Source of the DNA: Candidatus Harpocratesius repetitus
GTDB taxonomy: Archaea > Asgardarchaeota > Lokiarchaeia > Sigyniarchaeales > Promethearchaeaceae
NCBI GenBank assembly: GCA_021498095.1
Contig: JAIZWK010000001.1
Location: 4,140,001 to 4,172,000, forward strand
DNA length: 32,000 nt
Reading direction: 5' to 3'
Shown: positions 18,937-27,900 of the stretch, in pieces
How positions within the stretch are numbered: position 1 is the stretch's first letter
How the letters are laid out: each line of letters starts with the position of its first letter
Translations under genes and position numbers: made by a program
The notes under the pieces: generated by a model
The model's database searches: none
Seen by the model: only the letters and a program-made list of their open reading frames with translations
Told to the model about the DNA's origin: nothing

Positions 18937-19695
18937 TCAATAATTGAGAGAAAATTCAGTTCCTTTCGCCCAAAAAATATCCCACAATTGATTAAGGAAC
19001 TTCATACCCTCATGATCTTCATTTAAAATATAAAATCCCTCCGTGAAATCAGGTTGACCTTTATCATTTGGAAAAAATATAAAAGATCCTGCTATATCGG
19101 TTATTACTAAAGAAAAGTGAATAGGATCTAACAACCGAATTTCTGAAGTTAAATTCTTTTTTGTGTTATCTTTATATTTTAACATCTCTTTTGGAACAAT
19201 ATATTTTGCCCTTAAATTTGCTTTCCCGAATGGAAATGCTTGATCAGTCATTAATTTAACTTCTTCTTGAACTATATCAAACACCTGCGAAAATCTTAGC
19301 ATCACATTACCAGTTCCTTTAATGAATTCTGCTTTACTTAAATGAATTAGATTAGGAATCATTCTTGTAGGAAATCCTGCCAAAGTATGAGTTTGAAAAA
19401 AAGGAGCATGATTTAAAATAAATAAAGTTGGTTGAAATAAGTGAATTATTAAATTTCCAAAGGGTGTCAACCTATATTTTTTATGTTCTACATCTTTTCG
19501 GACCAAATTAAGCTTAACTGATGAATTTAAATGCCGCGAAGTTTCAGAACTTGATATACCTAAATAATGCGTTATTGAAGTAAAAGTTTCATCATTAAAA
19601 CTCAAAAAGTGCAATAATTCTAATCGCTTAGGGTGGAATATATCATTAATTAAATCTGAAGGAAAGTTAGGTGAAGAAAGTTTAGAAGGTTCCAT
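18937..19695 (-). CDS. Archaeal transcriptional regulator: N-terminal ArsR-like winged HTH plus C-terminal effector domain
   Basis: HPKRLELLHFL...TFTSITHYLGISSSETSRHLN...LV.K....YRLTPFG wHTH pattern; C-terminal WD.FW typical of archaeal HTH-fusion regulators. Confidence 0.82.
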   Translation of the reverse strand: MEPSKLSSPNFPSDLINDIFHPKRLELLHFLSFNDETFTSITHYLGISSSETSRHLNSSVKLNLVRKDVEHKKYRLTPFGNLIIHLFQPTLFILNHAPFFQTHTLAGFPTRMIPNLIHLSKAEFIKGTGNVMLRFSQVFDIVQEEVKLMTDQAFPFGKANLRAKYIVPKEMLKYKDNTKKNLTSEIRLLDPIHFSLVITDIAGSFIFFPNDKGQPDFTEGFYILNEDHEGMKFLNQLWDIFWAKGTEFSLNY

Positions 19696-19777
19696 CGCTA
19701 TAAATATTGCTCAGTAAAGCTAAGCAATAAAGCTTTTCAATTATTAAAAATAGAATGTAATTAATTGGTGAATTCTT

Positions 19778-20911
19778 ATGACTTCAATTGACAAAAAAAA
19801 GATTATTTTTCAATTTATGAAAAAAGAATTCATCATAATTTCTTCATTAATTCTCCTTATTATTCTCTCTTTAATATACCGTATTCCAATGAAATATTAT
19901 CCTTCTTTCGTTGATTGGCATACGATTCTAGCTTTGGCAGGATTACTTGTAATAACAACAGGATTAAAAGAAAGCGAAATTTTTGAAAAAATCGCAAAAT
20001 GGATAATTAATTCGATTAAATCTGAAAAAATGCTTGCATTATTCATGGTTATGCTAACTTCTTTATTTTCAACATTGTTAACCAACGATATTGCACTTTT
20101 TATCGTGATTCCTTTAACAATAAGTATTCAAAAATTGATATCAAATAATATTTCAAAAATACTATATTTTGAAGTAATATCTGTAAATGTCGGTTCTTCG
20201 TTGACACCTATTGGAAATCCACAAAATCTTTATTTATGGCATATTTGGGATAATTCGTTCTTTATTTTTATTTTCAAACTTCTACCTTTTGTGTTGATTC
20301 TTCTTCTTATTCTTGGGTTATTTGTATGGATTTTATTTCCAAAAACTCATTTAGTAATTTTAAGTCAAAACGAGAAAAATACGACAGATAAGAATCAAAA
20401 CAGAGCCCTTTTTGGATTATCTCTTTCATTATTAATTTTATATATTATACTCTTAGAATTTGATTTGTTGGTAATTTGTATCATTGCAATTTTTGCGTGC
20501 TTTATTCTTTTTTTTAGAAGAATTCTACTTAAGGTGAATTGGGAAATTCTTATTCTTTTCTTTTTAATATTCATTGATTTTCATATTATCTCCCAAATTT
20601 CAATTATAACCGATTTAATGCAAAGAATAAATCTAAATTCATCAAGAAATATATTCTTTCTCGCAGTTCTTATTTCACAATTAATTAGTAATGTTCCTGC
20701 AGCAGTTTTTCTTTCAAAATATACTTCAAATATGCTTCCGTTAATCTATGGAGTAAATATTGGTGGTATTGGGTTTTATTTAGGATCTTTTGCAAATATA
20801 ATAGGATTAAGATTAATAAATGAAAAAAAATCTTTTATTAAATTTCATAAATATGCATTACCTTATTTTCTAATATCAATGACTGTAATATTTCTTATTT
20901 TGATAAATTAA
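19778..20911 (+). CDS. ArsB/NhaD (SLC13/YbiR-like) anion permease
   Basis: LTNDIALFIVIPLT, VNVGSSLTPIGNPQNLYLW, ISNVPAA and NIGG.G..LGSFANIIGLR motifs; about 11 TM segments. Confidence 0.88.
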   Translation: MTSIDKKKIIFQFMKKEFIIISSLILLIILSLIYRIPMKYYPSFVDWHTILALAGLLVITTGLKESEIFEKIAKWIINSIKSEKMLALFMVMLTSLFSTLLTNDIALFIVIPLTISIQKLISNNISKILYFEVISVNVGSSLTPIGNPQNLYLWHIWDNSFFIFIFKLLPFVLILLLILGLFVWILFPKTHLVILSQNEKNTTDKNQNRALFGLSLSLLILYIILLEFDLLVICIIAIFACFILFFRRILLKVNWEILILFFLIFIDFHIISQISIITDLMQRINLNSSRNIFFLAVLISQLISNVPAAVFLSKYTSNMLPLIYGVNIGGIGFYLGSFANIIGLRLINEKKSFIKFHKYALPYFLISMTVIFLILIN

Positions 20912-20941
20912 AAAAAATAAAAATACTGTAAGCATCAAAAA

Positions 20942-22282
20942 TTACATGCCAGTTTTTTTGCTTCCCCACATTCCCATCGCAACACCCAATTCTTGATGCT
21001 CTTTGGCCGCTTTCTTCACCGGTTCACCCTTCATAACCGCATCAATCGCCTGTCTGAAAGCTTTCGCACCTGCAGTTGGACCCATCTCATGTGCATGAAT
21101 TCCCCCTCCGGCACCTAGCATACAATTCCATCCAATATCACGAACAGCATACTCAACCATTCCTGGGGTGATTCCACCACTCGGCATTGGCATCATTGGT
21201 TTTATATGAGGTAGAGGATATACGCACTCCATGACATTTTGAATAAATCTCTCTGGAACCACTGGTGCTTTTCCATAAGGTGCAGGAAGAACAATAACAT
21301 CTCCACCAACCAATCGGGGAAGTTTTCCCAAAGTTAATTTGCTTGTTACTCCAGACCAAGGATCTTCATACCAAACTCCAGCAAAGTCCATATGCATTTG
21401 AATTGGAATCTTCACACTGGGATCTTCAGCAATCTGCTTAACAATGGTCAGCCCTTGCGGAAGATAATTGATAAGCATTCCATTTCCTCCATGAGACTGA
21501 ACAGTTTCAATATTATGAAAGATTTGTGGAGTGTTATCTGTAACATTGATCATATAAATTGTTTTTTCTCCAGTTTCTTCCTTTGCCCGATCAATAGCTT
21601 CCATACATTTGGTGACACGGTCTTCAAGAGTGTTGAATTGCTGATCTGCGATAAGTTCGTCATCTTTAACAACATCCACACCTCCAAGTGCCACTTTATA
21701 GGTTAAATCAGCTGCAACTTCAGCCGTGTGACCTGTACAGGGTTTAATCATATTATTCAATAGAGGTCGATTCTTAACACCTAAATATTCACGAATTCCA
21801 TCAATACCAAAGCGTGGTCCTGGCATTGTGGCAAGAACATCTTTAGGAAACCAGATGTCCATGAGTTTTAATTTTCCACCCATAGAAATATTCCCAATTA
21901 CAGCCGTGAAGAGTAAAGCAAAGTTCAATTGACCTTCCCGATTTAAAAGGTTAATTTTCGGCCATGCGATTTGAAGAACATAGTCACGATAATTAATATC
22001 TTGATTACCGATTGATTTTGGAATTTCATATTCATAATTTGGTAGTTCATAACATCCAATGACTTTTGCGATGTGATCCTTACGGACTGCTTCAGTTTCT
22101 GCAGGGACTCTAATCCATGTTCCTGTTGATTGCTCTATTGCCGCAAATTGCCCTAGAGTTAATCCATTTTGCTTTTTAGGCAAGCGAACAATAAATGTAC
22201 CTATTATATAATTCTCAATTTCAATTCCATCAAAAACACCCCATGGTTGGGCAGGAATATTATCAAAGCTAGCTATTGGTAT
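20942..22282 (-). CDS. RuBisCO-like protein (form IV RLP); ORF-track start at 22183 is probably too short
   Basis: EQSTGTW, PGPRFGIDG, IKPCTG, GGVDVVKDDE, MPSGG, GAGGGIHAH. The frame stays open and RLP-like upstream to 22285 (FDGIEIENYIIGTFIV). Confidence 0.92.
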   Translation of the reverse strand: MPIASFDNIPAQPWGVFDGIEIENYIIGTFIVRLPKKQNGLTLGQFAAIEQSTGTWIRVPAETEAVRKDHIAKVIGCYELPNYEYEIPKSIGNQDINYRDYVLQIAWPKINLLNREGQLNFALLFTAVIGNISMGGKLKLMDIWFPKDVLATMPGPRFGIDGIREYLGVKNRPLLNNMIKPCTGHTAEVAADLTYKVALGGVDVVKDDELIADQQFNTLEDRVTKCMEAIDRAKEETGEKTIYMINVTDNTPQIFHNIETVQSHGGNGMLINYLPQGLTIVKQIAEDPSVKIPIQMHMDFAGVWYEDPWSGVTSKLTLGKLPRLVGGDVIVLPAPYGKAPVVPERFIQNVMECVYPLPHIKPMMPMPSGGITPGMVEYAVRDIGWNCMLGAGGGIHAHEMGPTAGAKAFRQAIDAVMKGEPVKKAAKEHQELGVAMGMWGSKKTGM

Positions 22283-22722
22283 TTTTCACAACTCCATTTT
22301 GTTTTTTTTTTAAAAGGTAAAAAAATAAAAGTAAAATCCATGATCCATCAATATAACACGCTAAAGGAAAAAAAAGGATAGACAATCCATAATTACAATA
22401 TGTAAATGCAGATATATAAAGACTTTGGCTAAATTCAAAGAAGAAAATCCATTTTTTTTGATTCAGATTTCAATTCCTTTCAAATTATAAAGTCAAAAAA
22501 TATTCGATAATTGATTTGTCATCGAAAATTGAACAAAAATGGACTTTTTTTATTTGGAATAATAAATTCAATTCTAATTTTTCTTACCTTTTTGCTTAAT
22601 ATTGCGAAGTTATTAACACACACCATGTTATTTCCAATTTTGTAGTTTATCTATATTTAAACCAGAAAATTCGCAACGGGATCACAAAATTCTTACTTGG
22701 AATCAGATTAATTAGTATAAGT

Positions 22723-22998
22723 TTGTTTTATTTAAGTAGGATGTCAACAAAAAATACAACATGGGAAATTTCTCCTCAATTGAAAACACTTATCATCCCT
22801 TGTAGTAGATGTAGACATCTTAAGAAAATTGAATTTTTGCAACTTGATCAAATATTTATGGAGTGCGAATGTTATCAAATTAAAGATACTTTAACAGAAT
22901 TGATTAAATTCAGTAGAGTTTGCGAGCATTACTCTGAATCTTTGAAACAATTAAAAGAAATTTTAAAATCCGACAATAATTCCAATATCAGAAAATAA
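22723..22998 (+). CDS. Small Cys-containing hypothetical protein
   Basis: CSRCRH...CECY...VCEHY; may start at ATG 22741. Confidence 0.55.
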   Translation: MFYLSRMSTKNTTWEISPQLKTLIIPCSRCRHLKKIEFLQLDQIFMECECYQIKDTLTELIKFSRVCEHYSESLKQLKEILKSDNNSNIRK

Positions 22999-23027
22999 TT
23001 AATTTTCAATAATCATTATGCTTTTTC

Positions 23028-24914
23028 TTAATCCTTTTCAATAAATTTTTTTATTCGTTGTTGAAGCATTTGTTTATCTTTAGTTCTTTTAGGATATTTC
23101 TCTAAGAATGCATCTTGATCGCGCTCTATTATATCCAAACAAGTTGATAAAAGAAATAAAGCGCGTTGTTTTTGAATAGATTCAACTGAATTCGCTTCTC
23201 TTAAAAGATTAAGGTAATCGTCAATAGAATAATCTGCAGGATCCATACTTTTCTTACTTTCTTCTTCACCGTTTATTTGTTCTTCTATCATTAATGTTTC
23301 AGCTTTCCGTGTTTCTTCAGCCTTTCGAGCTTCTTTTGCTATTCGCGCTTCTTCAGCCTTTCGAGCTTCTTCTGCTATTCGCGCTTCCTCAGCCTTCCGT
23401 GCTTCCTCAGCCTTTCGAGCTTCTTCTGCTTTCCGTTTTTCTTCAGCCTTCCGTTTTTCTTCAGCCTTCCGTGCTTCTTCAGCCTTTCGAGCATCCTCTG
23501 CTTTTCGAGCTTCCTCAGCCTTCCGTGCTTCTTCAGCCTTTCGAGCATCCTCTGCTTTTCGAGCTTCCTCAGTCTTCCGTGCTTCTTCAGCCTTTCGGGC
23601 CTCTTCAGCCTTTCGGGCCTCTTCAGCCTTTCGAGTTTCTTCTGCTATTCGAGCATCCTCTACTTTTCGAGCTTCTTCAGCTTTCCGTTTTTCTTCAGCT
23701 TTCCGTTTTTCTTCAGCTTTCCGTTTTTCTTCAGCCTTCCGTTTTTCTTCAGCCTTCCGTTTTTCTTCAGCCTTCCGTGCTTCTTCAGCCTTTCGAGCAT
23801 CCTCTGCTTTTCGAGCTTCCTCAGCCTTCCGTGCTTCTTCAGCCTTTCGGGCCTCTTCAGCCTTTCGAGTTTCTTCTGCTATTCGCGCTTCCTCAGCCTT
23901 CCGTGCTTCCTCAGCCTTTCGAGCTTCTTCTGCTATTCGTGCTTCCTCAGCCTTTCGAGCATCCTCTGCTTTTCGAGCATCATCTGCTTTTTGAGCATCC
24001 TCAGCCTTTTGAGCATCCTCAGCCTTTCGTGCTTCTTCAGCCTTCCGTGCTTCTATAGCATCTTTCACTTTCTCGATCTTAGTGCTTTTTTCAGTCTCCT
24101 GTGCTTCTTCAATAATTTTTGCTTCTTCTGCTTTCTCTAAAGCTAAATCCTCTTCTAATTTCTTTTTAAATAATTCTCGCTTGTGTTGAAGGATAGAATA
24201 ATAATCTTGCCAGCTATGAATCAACCCATGATCTTCAGAACCACTCAATTCAAAGTTAATTTTGTCCAATAATTCTTTGGCATCATTGTATTCATGGTTC
24301 TTCATCGCCCTATGAAAATTTACAGCAAGGATATCGACCTTTTTTCGAATTTCGATCTCTTTATTTGTTTTTTCTTGATCAATCAAAGAAGAAAGAAGTG
24401 CTTCATATTTTTTTATTCTTTCCAAATCATTGATTATTTCGGATTCTGAAATAAGATCTTTAACCATTTGCTTCATCATTCCAATATCTGCAAAATCAGA
24501 TACTTTATTCAAGTTTTCTTCTAATTTAGAGATATTAGATTTGATTTCACGTTGTTTTTGTTCCCACCAGGATAATTGTTCTTTATATTCTTCTTCTGAT
24601 ACATTAAGATATTGTAGAAATTCCTGCGTCTGGTAAGTATATCCTTCAATTGTAAAGTGACGTAAAATGGTAATAGTTGGATTTCGTTCAAGTACTTGAT
24701 CTTCAATTAAGGGGATTAAGTTTTTCAAATCTCTTGGTGCTTCAGGACCTACCCAAATATAAAGCCTTTTAACGCGAAAGAAATAAAATGCAAGAATTTG
24801 TACACTTTGAAAATCCTTAATTATATTTTCAGTATTTAGAGCAATTAAATTTCCATTTTTTAGTAAACGATATGCGATAAACGATTTTTTAAAAGGATAT
24901 GCCATTTTTACCAC
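23028..24914 (-). CDS. Gelsolin-like domain + coiled region + long (EEARKA)n charged single-alpha-helix protein
   Basis: N-terminal about 110 aa match the gelsolin-repeat pattern (AYRL..., FQSVQILAF, RLYIWVGPEA, long helix, TIEG, EFLQYL); 42 six-residue repeats follow. Confidence 0.8.
   Translation of the reverse strand: MVKMAYPFKKSFIAYRLLKNGNLIALNTENIIKDFQSVQILAFYFFRVKRLYIWVGPEAPRDLKNLIPLIEDQVLERNPTITILRHFTIEGYTYQTQEFLQYLNVSEEEYKEQLSWWEQKQREIKSNISKLEENLNKVSDFADIGMMKQMVKDLISESEIINDLERIKKYEALLSSLIDQEKTNKEIEIRKKVDILAVNFHRAMKNHEYNDAKELLDKINFELSGSEDHGLIHSWQDYYSILQHKRELFKKKLEEDLALEKAEEAKIIEEAQETEKSTKIEKVKDAIEARKAEEARKAEDAQKAEDAQKADDARKAEDARKAEEARIAEEARKAEEARKAEEARIAEETRKAEEARKAEEARKAEEARKAEDARKAEEARKAEEKRKAEEKRKAEEKRKAEEKRKAEEKRKAEEARKVEDARIAEETRKAEEARKAEEARKAEEARKTEEARKAEDARKAEEARKAEEARKAEDARKAEEARKAEEKRKAEEKRKAEEARKAEEARKAEEARIAEEARKAEEARIAKEARKAEETRKAETLMIEEQINGEEESKKSMDPADYSIDDYLNLLREANSVESIQKQRALFLLSTCLDIIERDQDAFLEKYPKRTKDKQMLQQRIKKFIEKD
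23301..24056 (-). repeat. In-frame 18-bp tandem repeat, 42 units (756 bp), consensus peptide EEARKA
   Basis: Counted from the translation; 756/18 = 42; variants include EDARKA, EEKRKA, EEARIA, EETRKA, EDAQKA. Confidence 0.97.
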
Positions 24915-24933
24915 TTTCTTTTATATTGTTATC

Positions 24934-27900
24934 TTAAATTTTAAGTAATTGTTTTTCTGATGGAAGAATAGGAAGTTTTTCAAAAATATTAAGTAAATAT
25001 GATTTTATTTCTGAATTATTGCTCTGTAACACATCTAATGTAAAAAAGGCTAATTTTACTCCAAAATGGTCTTCTAAGATTTTTTTTACTAATCCTAATC
25101 CATTTAAGACTTCATCAAGTTGTGTTTGAATTTCAGAAACTGGTTTATTCTCATGAATTAAACATAAAGTAGAAAGAAATATCATTAAACTTGCAGAAGT
25201 ATAATCATTTCGTCGCGCCATTCGTTTTGATAATTTAATGTATTTTTGAAAAGCTTCTTTATATCGATTTTTTGAAAGATCACTAAAAATTTCCTGATAA
25301 TAAGTTCGAATCATTTTTTCTCTTTTTTTAAGCAATAAAGAAAACTCATTACTTAATTTGGTAATATCTTGGATTAAAACAATAGCTTGTTGCCCTAATA
25401 AACTATCTTCTTTTAAGGTTTCACCTACTTTAATAGATTCAACTCTCTGTGACTTATTATCTGAAGATTTCTTATCCTCTTGCTGAAATTTCTGGGTTAA
25501 TCGAACTATAAATGAGATTTCCCAGTCAAAAAGTGGAAGCTTTGTCTGAAATGCATTAAAAATATCAAGTATCATCTTTTGTGAATTAGGGTGTTCCCAA
25601 TAGTGTAAAACTAGTTCTAATAATTGAATCGGAATACTTGACATTAAATCTCCATATTTTTTTCCATATTGAAATACAAATTTCTCAAACTCATTATAAA
25701 CTTCATCAGATGTTTTAACTTTAAGCATTGTTATAAATCCCATAATTATTGAGACAATCGAAAACTCAAAATAATTATGGTTAAACATATTGAGAGATTG
25801 TTCAAAATATGATACAGATGCATCTTCGTATTCTTGTCGTGCAAAATGATCTTGACAATCACCCCAATATTTTAAATCAAAGGAAATTCTCCGATTTTTT
25901 AATTGAATATCAGGATAAAGTTTTTCAATCAAAATTAAGTAATTAGATGGAATTGTAGATTTAATCTTTGATAATAATTCTTGATGCCCAGATAAGATAC
26001 GAGAAAAATCAATTTCTTCTCCAAGTAGTGTTTCTAAAATAAGTCGTTCTTCAGGGAAAAATGCAAATACATCAAATAATTGAAGAGCAGATTTTAATTG
26101 TTTAGGTTTATTTGCTTCAATCATCTGAATTAGATAATCGATAAGTTGGTATGCATAAGTTTTTTTAAAAATATCAAATGAGATCCGAGAATTATTCGTA
26201 AACTTATGAATTTCATGTTTCAAAGTATTTATGTTCTTTAATGTAAGGAAAAGTAGAGAGACCACAGCGAGATTTACTCCGGCTAATTCAAATTTTTTAC
26301 TTGCGGCTAAATCTTCAGCTGTTTTTAGATATTTTTCAATTGATTTATAATATTGTCCTTCTCTAAATAATTTGATAGCATCTTGATAATATCGACGTTT
26401 TAGTCCAGTTCGCATTCGTAGTAAATTGACAGATGCAATTCGCTGATCTCGAGCGCGATTTTGCAATTGTGATAATTTCTCAGCAAATATTTTTGCTTTT
26501 TGATTTTGATGGATTTGTTCAACTTTTGATCGACTTAACTCTGATTCGATTTCATCGATTTTTTCGCAATAAGATTGAGACAGTTGGAAATTAGAGATCT
26601 TTTCTGCATACGTTCTAGCTTCACTGTATAAATGATTTTTTAAATAGTATTTTACAATGGTTACATAAATAGAATCTAAATTTATTTCTTCATTTTCTAA
26701 ATAGCTTTTTGTTGTTAAATCTATTTTATTAATCTGTTCAAATAAAGTTGATAACCCTTTTACTTCAATTTTATGAGAAATTAATTCTGCGTAAGCGAGA
26801 AGTTCTTCAAGATACAATTTAGCTAAAAGACGAGATTCTTCATACAGTAGATGATTGCGATATAATCTTATAAAATTAAATAATAATTTCTCCGTTTCTT
26901 CACTTGTCTTATCAGAGTCAGTAAACTTCATTCTATCAAAATGTTCTTTAAGTCGTGGAAATTCATTTTTTAAAAATTTCTTTCTTTGGATTTCAGGAAG
27001 TTTTGAAATATATTTTATTATTTTTTTAATTTTCCCATTATTTAAATTAATCTTTAAAAAATATAGTAAAATTTGATGATTATAATATTCTTGTCCAATT
27101 TGTAAAAACCAATCTGCTTGTTTTAGCAAAATATTCTCAACAAATTGAATATTGTTATGCTGAAGTTCAAATTCTAAATCTTGATATAGATCTTCCATCA
27201 TTTGATCAAATTTTGATTTCTCATATTCAATATATTCAAATAAGAAATCAGTTTTTAAACCTAACTCTTCTAATTCTCCTTTTCGGGCTAAATTTTTAAA
27301 GCGCTCTTCAGTTTCCATTCGATATTTAGTTAATTCGATTTGTAATATTGTATCATTAATTTTTGGAATTATACCTTCAGCTTTTAAGAAATCACGCCGC
27401 TCTATGAATAGTCTTGCCATTTTATAAAGTATTTCATCTACATTTTCTGTTTCAATATTATAGGTCTCCCAAATAGTAGTAAGTTCATCATAGCTCAATC
27501 GTGCAGTATCAACATCACCTATATTTAAATTTCTAATTATTATTCTCTTTAATATTTTCACCGCTTTCCGAGCAAGAACTTGCAATGATTCAAATAACCC
27601 TGACTTTTGATATCGCTGAAAACATAGATATAATTGTGCTTTTGCAAGCCCATCTTGGTTTTTTTCGATTAATTGATCAGCAAGATGAGCAATTTTTTCT
27701 GTCATCTCTTCTAATATGGTGATCATTCTAAAATGATCAAATTTATCTAATAAAGCAAATGCATTTTGCAATTCATGTTGTGCAATCCAAGCATCAATCG
27801 CAAGTTTATAGCACTCTTCCATTAAAGGAATATCATCAAGTTCCATTTTTATCCAATTTCCAACCGTTTCAAATTTTAACGCGGCAGATTCATATTTATT

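Noticed and set aside
20942-22183. Bona fide carboxylating RuBisCO (form III, rbcL)
   Set aside because: KPKxG lysine and HRA arginine are substituted (KPCTG, HMDF), so no rbcL symbol was given.
22286-22288. Selenocysteine at the in-frame TGA of the RLP
   Set aside because: The position is in a non-conserved N-terminal tail, and only 30 AT-rich nt separate the RLP stop from the convergent gene, with no SECIS-like hairpin visible. Sec is possible in Lokiarchaeota but unsupported here.
23301-24056. CRISPR array or non-coding satellite
   Set aside because: Units are contiguous with no spacers, in frame, and vary like codons; no cas genes are nearby.
23294-24058. 254-aa plus-strand ORF (LLQPFE repeats)
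   Set aside because: Antisense shadow of the stop-free tandem repeat.
23028-24914. TolA, IgA protease or surface-antigen annotation for the EEARKA protein
   Set aside because: Similarity would come only from low-complexity composition; there is no signal or TM anchor, and the N-terminus is gelsolin-like.
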